DNA from: a bacterium
GTDB taxonomy: Bacteria; Patescibacteriota; Dojkabacteria; SC72
DNA length: 64,000 nucleotides
Assembly (NCBI GenBank): GCA_021463465.1
Contig: JAJTYH010000003.1
Span: 147,549 to 211,548 of the forward strand
Direction of reading: 5' to 3'
Position 1 is the first letter of the stretch, and every line of letters begins with the position of its first letter. The notes beneath the pieces are model-generated. The model ran no database searches. It was given only the letters and a program-made list of their open reading frames with translations, and was not told where the DNA came from. Below, piece after piece: positions 48,649 to 57,321 of this stretch. The position numbers were made by a program, and so were the translations under genes.

Positions 48649-51600
48649 ATGTTTAAAGTACAAGTTGGATGGGAAAACGTCAGAATTGTAGGGAGGTACT
48701 TTTTAGCCTTGCTATTACTCATTTCAATTGGTCTTATTGGTTACAAGGCGTATTATATGCTAACCAATGTCCCAAAAGAAGTTAGAGTTACGAATTTGAC
48801 AGGTACTTCTGCTACTGTTTCCTGGTATACAGACAAACCCGATAAGGGGATGGTACTTGTCAAAGAGAAAGACTCTTTTATCCCTTTGCTAAAGAAGTTC
48901 GGAGCTGTAATCGGTTATGATGACAGAGATTTGGCTTTCGCTAGAGCTTCCTTGGCGGATGAGATTACTAGGAAAGCTGCAGAGGGTTTGGATTCTAATG
49001 ATGATGCAACACTTCCCGATGGTTTCCTTGAATCGGTAAAGGTAACCAAAAAGGGTAAATACTATGTACATCATGTAACCGTGTCAGGACTAAAAGAAGA
49101 TACGAACTATTCGTTCAGAGTTGGTAATGGCCTTATCTTTTGGAATTTAAATCAGAAGAGACAGGAAACGCAAGAGTTTGAGGTTAGAGCTGTTGATAAG
49201 TTCTCTTTTAAAACGTTGCTAGAGCTAGAAGAGGTACCCACCCCGAATCCTGCTTATGGGAAATTGTACTCCTTGGCGAGGGATAAAGATGGCTACTTGA
49301 TGTCAAATCCTTCCACAGATGCAATACTGTTTTCGCTTGCAATTAAAAAAAACTCAGACGAGACGTCACTACCACTCTCAAGCGTTACAAATAAAGATGG
49401 TGGATGGTTAATTGAGAAGACTGCTTTCAGAGATAGTAGTGGCAACGTTTTAGAGGGTATGAAAGACGGCGAGGATACGTTACGCATAGTGGGGCAGTTT
49501 GAGAACCTCTCTCCAAGTGAAGCGAAGGATTTAACATGGGGAGTAAATGACTCTCCTGCAGATGCAATTTATGGAAATAGCGATGAAGAAGCTAAAGTTA
49601 GAGGTAGCTTATTGGATAAAGTTAAATTTAGCTTAAGTGATTCGTTTAAAAGCCGTACTAATAACCTAACCCTGAACGCTTTTAAGGTAAATGCAGGAGT
49701 TGATAAGCCAAGTGATTGTGATCCCAATAAAGAAGTGTGGAATTCAACGAAAAAAAGGTGTGACCCTAAATCGGCTGTGACTGGGGGCACTGATTCTAAT
49801 GGTTGTGATTTGGATTCTGAGTATTGGAACGAAGAGAAAGAAACATGTTTAGCTAAACCTGTAACTCCACCAATAGTAGTTCCACCCGTTGGTGGCATTG
49901 ATAAGCCAAGTGATTGTGATCCCAAAGAAGAAGTATGGAATAAAAATAAAAAAGTGTGCGACCCTATTGAAGATGATTCAGGGTCTACCCCACCAGCAGT
50001 TACGCCCCCGACAGTGAACCCTCAAAATGCGGATGGACCAGAAGATTGCGCTGCTATTGCTGGATCAGAATGGAATGCTCAGCAACAAGCTTGTATTAAA
50101 ACAGACAAAAAGGATAAGTATGATAAATGTACTGGCAGATTCGCCAGGACTTGTGATGAGGAACCTCTTGGGGGTAATTCAACAAACTGTTATTGTTCAA
50201 TTGGTGGAGGAGAATACCTCCCTCTTCGAGGTGTTGATTGTAGACCAGCCGCTTGTGCAAATAAAAGGAATAATGATGTGGTATGCTCTGATGGTAAATG
50301 TGAATCAAGGGTTAAAATTGACGCAAAAGGAAACGAAGTCCTGTGTGGTAGTGATTATACAACCCCTGGTTGTGGTTTTCCTGGAGATGGGAAGTGTCCT
50401 GAAGCTACGCCATATTACAATAGCGCGACAAATGCTTGCCAAACTAGCGCTCCTTCTTCTCAGCCTGAGATAACGGTAGGGGGCGAGCCTTCGGATTTGA
50501 TTCTTTGTGTATACAAAATTAATGGTAGTAGTGTAAAAGCTAGGAAAACTAAAGCTGAATGTGATGCTTTGAATGGGAGTAATGGTAGTGGTACTGTTCG
50601 ATGTGGTTTCGGTCAAAGACCTGATGGTAAAGGTGGATGTGAATGTCACCCTGCCTTCGTAGGAAATGCAAATAGTCCTGGAGGTTGTCAGATGCCTGGT
50701 AGAACTGATCAAGAGCTTAAAGATAAGAGATGTGTAGATATGGAAGGTAGGGCGCTATCGTGCGGTAGTGTAAGATATTTTGATGAACAAACTGGCCGTT
50801 ACGAAACTGTGAATTGTGGGAAGAATGGAAGTGTATCTTGTAATAGTTCGAATGAAGAGTGTATTCAAACGTTTAGGGAAAGTGCTCAGGCAGTTGCAGG
50901 TGTGTGTTCTCCCAAAGGTATTGCTGTAGGTATTTTATCGAATTACGATGGGAATAATAAAGGTCTGGTGGAGTTTGGAAATGACTGTTATCTTAAAATT
51001 GATTCAAAAGGTCAAGTCATTGATAGAACAGTTCTCACCACTCATTATAATATTGAATATCAACGGAAGATTGAACAATCAAAAGATTGGGTACAAGTAC
51101 CAATGAAATACTGTACTTCAGGACCAGTAAAGGAAGACTATCCTGGTGATATCGGAAGTAGCCTCAATAATGATGGGAAAAACAACTTTACATTACTAGG
51201 TGAGGTTAGTGCTGCTGACGAAATTGCAGTAACAAATAATACAAATTACATGATTGTTTTCCCTGAAAGTGGTAAATACAACGTTAATATAGGTGGAAGT
51301 AAATTTGAAAACATAACTGTAAATGCTGACAATGATTACTTCTTCTTTGATGACCGTAATGGAGTGAAAGGGTATCAAAGTCCTTCTGATTTGAACAATC
51401 CAAAACCAAATGAAGACTTAATGCTCTCTGTGCTAGGTGCTAAGGTTACCTTAAGTACAACTACAAAAAATCAGTCTCTGAAACTAAGTAAAGGAATGAA
51501 TATGATTTCATTTAACTACCTACCGTCTTCAAGTGAGAAAGAGTCTTTGAAGGCTTCTGAGTTTTTAGATATATCTAATAGCTCAGGACTTAAAGTTAGC

Positions 51601-52101
51601 AAGATAACATATTTTGAAGGTGGAAAATGGGTTGGCGGTATGTCAGCTATTTCTGGGGATAAAAAAGTTAAGGCTGGAAACGATTTTGCTCTAGTCCCCG
51701 GCAAAGGCTACTTGATTATTTCTTTGAAGGATACAACCGTCCAAGTTCCTGGATTTAGTATTAAAAACTCTGTACCAGTAGCACTTTCTTCTGGTTGGAA
51801 TTTAATAGGTATAAACGGATATCAAAAAACCTTCACCGCTAACTCTTTAATTGATTCAGTAAATGGTCTGTCGGGGCTAAAAGCTGATAACGTAACTTGG
51901 TGGCCTACATCTAAAGGTCGTTACGAATCTTTCCAGAAATCTGAAGGGGTTGAATATGGTTTCGATTTCCCAATTCTTAAAAATATGGGATACTTTGTTA
52001 GGTTGAGTGACTTTGAGCCGAAGGATTCATCTGCCAAGTCTGTTCTCTGGAATCCAGGAAGTTCGTCGCACGGCAAAGCTGGTTCGACCAAGGCCAATTA
52101 A
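48649..52101 (+). CDS. Large surface protein with FN3-like N-terminus, Cys-rich middle and GWNL-type C-terminal repeats
   Basis: TM; VTNLT..SATVSWYT; HHVTVSGL..DTNYSF; 34 Cys in the middle; KGMNMISF/PGKGY and SGWNLIG/MGYFV repeats. Confidence 0.85.
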   Translation: MFKVQVGWENVRIVGRYFLALLLLISIGLIGYKAYYMLTNVPKEVRVTNLTGTSATVSWYTDKPDKGMVLVKEKDSFIPLLKKFGAVIGYDDRDLAFARASLADEITRKAAEGLDSNDDATLPDGFLESVKVTKKGKYYVHHVTVSGLKEDTNYSFRVGNGLIFWNLNQKRQETQEFEVRAVDKFSFKTLLELEEVPTPNPAYGKLYSLARDKDGYLMSNPSTDAILFSLAIKKNSDETSLPLSSVTNKDGGWLIEKTAFRDSSGNVLEGMKDGEDTLRIVGQFENLSPSEAKDLTWGVNDSPADAIYGNSDEEAKVRGSLLDKVKFSLSDSFKSRTNNLTLNAFKVNAGVDKPSDCDPNKEVWNSTKKRCDPKSAVTGGTDSNGCDLDSEYWNEEKETCLAKPVTPPIVVPPVGGIDKPSDCDPKEEVWNKNKKVCDPIEDDSGSTPPAVTPPTVNPQNADGPEDCAAIAGSEWNAQQQACIKTDKKDKYDKCTGRFARTCDEEPLGGNSTNCYCSIGGGEYLPLRGVDCRPAACANKRNNDVVCSDGKCESRVKIDAKGNEVLCGSDYTTPGCGFPGDGKCPEATPYYNSATNACQTSAPSSQPEITVGGEPSDLILCVYKINGSSVKARKTKAECDALNGSNGSGTVRCGFGQRPDGKGGCECHPAFVGNANSPGGCQMPGRTDQELKDKRCVDMEGRALSCGSVRYFDEQTGRYETVNCGKNGSVSCNSSNEECIQTFRESAQAVAGVCSPKGIAVGILSNYDGNNKGLVEFGNDCYLKIDSKGQVIDRTVLTTHYNIEYQRKIEQSKDWVQVPMKYCTSGPVKEDYPGDIGSSLNNDGKNNFTLLGEVSAADEIAVTNNTNYMIVFPESGKYNVNIGGSKFENITVNADNDYFFFDDRNGVKGYQSPSDLNNPKPNEDLMLSVLGAKVTLSTTTKNQSLKLSKGMNMISFNYLPSSSEKESLKASEFLDISNSSGLKVSKITYFEGGKWVGGMSAISGDKKVKAGNDFALVPGKGYLIISLKDTTVQVPGFSIKNSVPVALSSGWNLIGINGYQKTFTANSLIDSVNGLSGLKADNVTWWPTSKGRYESFQKSEGVEYGFDFPILKNMGYFVRLSDFEPKDSSAKSVLWNPGSSSHGKAGSTKAN
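49700..49925 (+). repeat. Intragenic direct repeat encoding DKPSDCDP modules
   Basis: TTGATAAGCCAAGTGATTGTGATCCCAA is identical at 49700-49727 and 49898-49925 (offset 198 nt), with similarity continuing about 40 nt further. Confidence 0.9.
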
Positions 52102-52117
52102 TTTGAGGTAAAAAAAT

Positions 52118-52420
52118 ATGAGTGAAATACCAACATGGTACTGGATGACAATAATCGGTTTCTTAAGCGTGCTTTTGGGCATGATTTTGTACTACGTAGC
52201 AATGCTGGTTAAAGAGACAACTGCTACAATGTCTGAAGTGAGAGCAACTCTAGTTGATTCCAGAAAACTTGTTCAAAATGCCAATCAAATCGTGGAGGAT
52301 GTTCAAGAAACTGTGAGTAATGTTAAACACACGATTAATCAAGTGAATGAAGCTGTCCTCGAACCTGTCAAACAGGTGGGTGATACAGTCCGCTCACTTC
52401 TTGGTATGTTCAAAGGTTGA
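52118..52420 (+). CDS. DUF948/YoxC-like TM plus coiled-coil protein
   Basis: N-terminal TM followed by a heptad-like amphipathic helix. Confidence 0.65.
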   Translation: MSEIPTWYWMTIIGFLSVLLGMILYYVAMLVKETTATMSEVRATLVDSRKLVQNANQIVEDVQETVSNVKHTINQVNEAVLEPVKQVGDTVRSLLGMFKG

Positions 52421-52424
52421 AGCT

Positions 52425-52562
52425 CTATTTAAGCTGATTTCCGAAGTAGATTAGTAGTATGGATATTGCTGTTGCTGCGATAAGGATTGCAAGTGGTTCT
52501 AGGTAGTATCTCATCCGAACTGGAACATTAAACACTAATTCTTTTTCAGCTGGTTTTTCCAT
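52425..52562 (-). CDS. Small single-TM protein (45 aa, not in ORF track)
   Basis: Manual translation MEKPAEKELVFNVPVRMRYYLEPLAILIAATAISILLIYFGNQLK*; fills the intergenic gap and stops 4 nt from the convergent gene. Confidence 0.6.
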   Translation of the reverse strand: MEKPAEKELVFNVPVRMRYYLEPLAILIAATAISILLIYFGNQLK

Positions 52563-52616
52563 CTTAATATCCTACAAATGTTTGTATAACTAATCAAGAT
52601 TAGTTATATTATTACC

Positions 52617-54455
52617 ATGTATGTGACTCCCCGACAAAGAAGAAGATACTTCTGGACCAGTATAATTTTGATACTTGGGTTACCTATAACTGCATTTGCA
52701 ACTGTAATGGCAATAAGGTACTTCACAGGAGCCTCAGGGAGCGATACACCACAAAACGTAGTAATTTCCAATCTTACTTCAAATTCAGTTTCCATCTCAT
52801 GGAGTACAGACTCAAAAGCTACAGGGGCGATAACAACGAATGCTGGAAAAGGAGATAGCACCCCCTTTGTTGATATTAGAGGCACGGATCGCCGCAAAAC
52901 TCATCATGTTGATATTGTAGACTTAGATCCATCAAAAGATTATAACTTCGTTATTCTTTCAAATAATCAAAGATACTCAGATGAAGAGGGTAAAACCTTT
53001 AAATTTCGCACTTCTCCCGTGACATCTCAAACCCCTGTTCCTTCACCTGTATATGGATTGATAGAAGGGGATAACAAGGAGGATGTATTAGTTTATGTAA
53101 CCCTGAATGGAAGGTCTAGTGTATATCCTGCTTCATCTGCAGCTACTGGCTCTGGAAAGTGGATTATTGATTTATCAGCGCTCCGTGACCCAAGCTCAAA
53201 TGAACTTATCAAGGTTGATGACAATACTGAAATCACTGTTACGGCAAAGGGAACCGATACTTTAGGGGGAACACTTTCAGGTACATATGGTGAGCTTGTT
53301 GATGACGAGGGGCAAATGTTTACCCCTCTACAATTAAGTGATGTGCCTCTTGATTCGCTTTTTGCTGCAATTCCAAGGTCGGCTCAGATTGCGTTGGTAG
53401 CCCAGTCTTCTAACCCTCCGCCTAAAGATAATCCTCCTGCCAACGAAGAACCTGAAGAAGAGGAGCCCGAGGAGGAAGAGCAACTTCCAGGGGGAGAGAT
53501 AGCATGGGGTGTTATCCCAGGTACCAATACTTCAAGTGGTGGTAGCAGTGCAGTTACTGGTGCTGATTCGGTACAAATAACTAATATAACTGATTCTGGA
53601 TTTACCGTTGTATGGTTAAGTGGAACTGCTTCTGAGGGTTCCGTAAATTACGGGACAACAGTGTCTGATCTTGGAGAGAATGCTCTTGATGAAAGAGATA
53701 GTGCTGTTAGTAAAGGTGCATACACAGCGCATAGTGTGAAGCTGTTAAGACTTTCACCTGAAACTAAATATTTCTTTGAGATAAAGGATGGGAACTCAAT
53801 TATTAATGATGGAGGAAAAGCCTTCACAGCAACAACTTTTAAAACCTTGGAAACCCCCCCTGAATTCAAAACGGTTGCGGGCAAGTTTACGGGTCCATCT
53901 GATCCTTCAGATGCGGTGGTTGTTGTCGGGGTAAGCGATGAAGATGATTCAGGAAGTAGTGGAAGCTCTAGTTTGAGTTCAACAATTCCTGATGATGGCG
54001 GTAGTTGGGTCATCACCTTGGGAGATTTGCGAGACAGCTCAGGCGCAGAGTACTTCACTTTCAGTGATGATGATACTGTTGAAGCTAATGTTCTTTCAAT
54101 TTCTAGAGGAGAAACAGAAAGCGCGAAAGTCAAGGATGTTATAGATGCTGGAATTAATTTGACTGCTTCCGCAGGAGCAAAGCGTCGGATAGTTAAAGTG
54201 TCAGCTTTGGCTAGTTACGGTATTACTATTGGCAACTTAGCTTCTGTAAACTTGGGTGCAGGTGGAGGTGGGGGAAGTAGTGAGTTAAATGTTACTGGAT
54301 CAACTACCCCCGAAACAGCCTTATCTACGCCTTTAATAGTTACACTTGTAATTGGAATGATTACCTTTTTAGTTGGAGTTTTTACATATATCAAGTCACA
54401 AGCTCGGTATAGGGTAAAAGAGAGTAAAAGTCATATGGTTTCTAGTGTTATTTAG
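52617..54455 (+). CDS. Surface protein with two FN3-like modules and C-terminal sorting-like signal
   Basis: TM; two repeats (ISNLTSNSVSISW / ITNITDSGFTVVW ... LRD); P/E linker; TPETAL then TM then basic tail. Confidence 0.85.
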   Translation: MYVTPRQRRRYFWTSIILILGLPITAFATVMAIRYFTGASGSDTPQNVVISNLTSNSVSISWSTDSKATGAITTNAGKGDSTPFVDIRGTDRRKTHHVDIVDLDPSKDYNFVILSNNQRYSDEEGKTFKFRTSPVTSQTPVPSPVYGLIEGDNKEDVLVYVTLNGRSSVYPASSAATGSGKWIIDLSALRDPSSNELIKVDDNTEITVTAKGTDTLGGTLSGTYGELVDDEGQMFTPLQLSDVPLDSLFAAIPRSAQIALVAQSSNPPPKDNPPANEEPEEEEPEEEEQLPGGEIAWGVIPGTNTSSGGSSAVTGADSVQITNITDSGFTVVWLSGTASEGSVNYGTTVSDLGENALDERDSAVSKGAYTAHSVKLLRLSPETKYFFEIKDGNSIINDGGKAFTATTFKTLETPPEFKTVAGKFTGPSDPSDAVVVVGVSDEDDSGSSGSSSLSSTIPDDGGSWVITLGDLRDSSGAEYFTFSDDDTVEANVLSISRGETESAKVKDVIDAGINLTASAGAKRRIVKVSALASYGITIGNLASVNLGAGGGGGSSELNVTGSTTPETALSTPLIVTLVIGMITFLVGVFTYIKSQARYRVKESKSHMVSSVI

Positions 54456-54479
54456 TAGTATTTTGTTGTACAATCCAAA

Positions 54480-55847
54480 ATGAATATGGATCGTAATGAC
54501 AAATACAAGCGCTATTCAGGATTGATGCTGTTTTTATTGCTTATTGTCGGAATTTCATCCGCTATAATTGTTCCGCATTTTAACTTTGTTTCTAAGGCTC
54601 AGGGATTGTCGCAGGATTTAGCTCAAACTCCTCCGGTTACATCTGTTGAAAGCATTGAGACAGGAGAGGTGCAAGCGGCAACAACTGAAGAACAAAAAGC
54701 AAGTAAAGGGTTTGGTAAATGTATGAATGGGAGTGTATGTGATTATGTTCAAGAATTAACTTATCAACCTGTCTGTTCAATTAACGATGCAGGTGGAAGT
54801 ATGACTGGTGGAGATGCTAATGAAGGTAAGAAGTTTGTCTCAGTAAGAATGAATGCTAAGGTCGAGCCTTTTATAATAACGGTTCCTCAGGTACTACTGC
54901 AAGGGAGTAAATATGTAGAAGATGATCGTAAATTAATAAGTAAAGATTATCCTGTATATCGCGACTCACAGCACGTAATTCTCGATGATGAAGCTAGGAG
55001 AACATGTGCACCAGGTGTTGATTGCGCGGATTATGATGAGCTTTCAAAGCGTCCTGATGTACCTTTTTCGCTTCACGCTTTTATGGAGGTTAAGAATGCT
55101 GATGAAGGGGGATTTGGAGGTGATGGGAAAGCAGTAATTTACTCTTTAGATTCATTGAGATCTGCTTGTCCGAAAGTCCAAAAGGCAAAGGCCAACCCTA
55201 AAAAAGCAGGCTTTTATGCTGCTAAATTGGATGTTAAGCATCAGGCACCAGGGGTGCATGAAACCTGGAGAGATTTTGGAGGAGTGGAATGTTACAGAAC
55301 TAACCCAAATGGAATGCATTTACAGGAAGCAAAGAACTTTGTGAGCTGCGTTACAGAGGTTAAGCCGACAGATTTTGTTGTCAGCGCTGTATATAATATT
55401 GCCCAGTGGCTTGAGTGCTTAGATGGTGGGGCGGAATGCGAAGAGTATAGAGTTTTTGCAATTAGGTTAGACGCAATGTTTGGAGGCGTATTTAAATGCG
55501 CTGGTGTTGATTGCGAGATTCGTTTCTTTGATTTTGAGAAACTAAAGACCACCGCACCTGGTGATGCTCAGGAGATGATTCCTGATTATATAGATAAGTC
55601 TTTAGTTAATCCGATTCGTCCAGTTACTGAGCCTTATTACCTTACAACTCCATGTAAAATTAGGATTAATAAATGGGGGATTCATAATGTACCTTGTCTT
55701 TGGGATATCTCTCCATATCAGAGGCATTATGAAGTACAAAGATCTGCGTTAATGCCTTTAGAGCCTACGATGCCATTGACATTTGATGACTATTGGAATA
55801 ATGGGGTTGCTCCAGAGCTTAAAAAAAGATCACTATCATGTGTATAA
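54480..55847 (+). CDS. Cys-rich exported hypothetical protein
   Basis: N-terminal TM/signal; many dispersed Cys; first gene of a co-oriented cluster. Confidence 0.75.
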   Translation: MNMDRNDKYKRYSGLMLFLLLIVGISSAIIVPHFNFVSKAQGLSQDLAQTPPVTSVESIETGEVQAATTEEQKASKGFGKCMNGSVCDYVQELTYQPVCSINDAGGSMTGGDANEGKKFVSVRMNAKVEPFIITVPQVLLQGSKYVEDDRKLISKDYPVYRDSQHVILDDEARRTCAPGVDCADYDELSKRPDVPFSLHAFMEVKNADEGGFGGDGKAVIYSLDSLRSACPKVQKAKANPKKAGFYAAKLDVKHQAPGVHETWRDFGGVECYRTNPNGMHLQEAKNFVSCVTEVKPTDFVVSAVYNIAQWLECLDGGAECEEYRVFAIRLDAMFGGVFKCAGVDCEIRFFDFEKLKTTAPGDAQEMIPDYIDKSLVNPIRPVTEPYYLTTPCKIRINKWGIHNVPCLWDISPYQRHYEVQRSALMPLEPTMPLTFDDYWNNGVAPELKKRSLSCV

Positions 55848-55875
55848 TACATAACTTAAATTTTATTTAACCGGT

Positions 55876-57306
55876 ATGTTAGTAGAAATTGCAAAATTTA
55901 TTAAAAAGGTAAGTAGCGAGCGAAAATGGGTAAACTATTTAGCTGGAATCCTTACAGTATTCATGTTCTTTAGTGTAATGAATATCTATGCTCAAGAAGC
56001 GGGTGCAACTATTAAGCTCGACCCAGTGGAAGGGTATAGAGCTGAAACGGCACTTACTAAAAATGGTACAGGTGATACGTCGTATAACAGTCAGACAACT
56101 ACAATGAACGTTATATTAGGAGCTCTAAATGGAGCACTGCAGAATATGGCTCCACAGTTGCTTAGTAACTTTGCAGCAATAGAGTCTGATCCGGCTGTTC
56201 CTGCATATGCAAAGATGGGTGCATTAGGTTTAGCTGGCGAAGGGGTTAATGCAATGATGAATAACTATAACGGCGTAAACATAGTTAATTATATGGCAAG
56301 CGAATGGGTACCCGGGTATGATAAATCTACAAGTGTTTATGCCGCTACAGATGGTTATAGTTATTTAGATGAGAGCAATGTTGATGTGTTGTGGGATAGA
56401 ATAAGGCTCATCACTTACGTGCTTTTCGTTGTTGTTTTAATAGTTGCTGGCTTTATGATTATGTTTCGACAGAAAATCGGTGGGCAACTTGCTGTTAGTA
56501 TCTTTAATACTCTTCCAAATGTAATCGTTGCACTAATACTAGTTACCTTCAGTTTCGCTATTGTAGGGCTAATGCTTAATGTGGGCGTTATGATAATCAA
56601 CGTGATGACATCGGTATTAGGTGTTGCTGACCCACTCACCATTGAGAATCCATTTAGTCTGTTTGGAACTGCTATGAATGGAGAGCTGTTGGGTGGTGGG
56701 ACGACAGCTGCTTTAGTTATTGGGCCGGCAATAATTGCAGGGTTAATTGCTGCAGTTACAGCTACAGGTGGTGCGGCTCTTCCTGCGGTTGTTGCTGCGA
56801 CTGTAACCGTAATAGTAATTGCAGTTATTCTTACGGCAATAGTTATTTATGCTTCAATTCGTGTTTACATAACCCTATTGATTGCATATTTAGGGATTAT
56901 AATAAATACAGTTATGGCGCCTATATTTTTAGCCATCTCTGCCTTCCCTGGTCAAAGTGGTATGGCATCAGATTGGTTCAGAAGAGTTTTAAAAGCCGTT
57001 CTAACTTTTCCAATTGTCTATTTTTTCTTAAACCTTGGTATGTTTATAATCAATGGAGATATTAATCTTGGTTTCCCGTCAGGAATAATGAGTGGGGATT
57101 TCACCCAGGTTGACACTAATGGAAGCCCAGTTGGAGGATTTATAAAAGCAGTATTAGTATTGTTACTCTTTTTCTTTGCTGCTGATGCACCTAAGATTTT
57201 GGATGACTTCTTACCATCTAATGAAGGTAAGGGTGTTGGTAGTGCAATTGAAGGTGCGAAGAAAGGTCTGTCCAAGATTCCTGTTGTTGGTTCCCTATTG
57301 GGTTAA
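55876..57306 (+). CDS. VirB6/PrgH-like polytopic membrane protein
   Basis: Signal peptide (IYA); W...R..Y......GFMIMFR.KI; later P.FLA....PG....W.R and Gly/Ala-rich TM helices. Inferred from the pattern only. Confidence 0.6.
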   Translation: MLVEIAKFIKKVSSERKWVNYLAGILTVFMFFSVMNIYAQEAGATIKLDPVEGYRAETALTKNGTGDTSYNSQTTTMNVILGALNGALQNMAPQLLSNFAAIESDPAVPAYAKMGALGLAGEGVNAMMNNYNGVNIVNYMASEWVPGYDKSTSVYAATDGYSYLDESNVDVLWDRIRLITYVLFVVVLIVAGFMIMFRQKIGGQLAVSIFNTLPNVIVALILVTFSFAIVGLMLNVGVMIINVMTSVLGVADPLTIENPFSLFGTAMNGELLGGGTTAALVIGPAIIAGLIAAVTATGGAALPAVVAATVTVIVIAVILTAIVIYASIRVYITLLIAYLGIIINTVMAPIFLAISAFPGQSGMASDWFRRVLKAVLTFPIVYFFLNLGMFIINGDINLGFPSGIMSGDFTQVDTNGSPVGGFIKAVLVLLLFFFAADAPKILDDFLPSNEGKGVGSAIEGAKKGLSKIPVVGSLLG

Positions 57307-57321
57307 TGGAGCAATAATTAA

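Noticed and set aside
49700-49925. 28-nt direct repeat considered as a CRISPR or DGR repeat
   Set aside because: Only two in-frame copies within a CDS; no spacers, cas genes or reverse transcriptase.
50027-50473. 148-aa alternative-frame ORF inside the Cys-rich gene
   Set aside because: A by-product of codon composition, with no promoter or recognisable domain.
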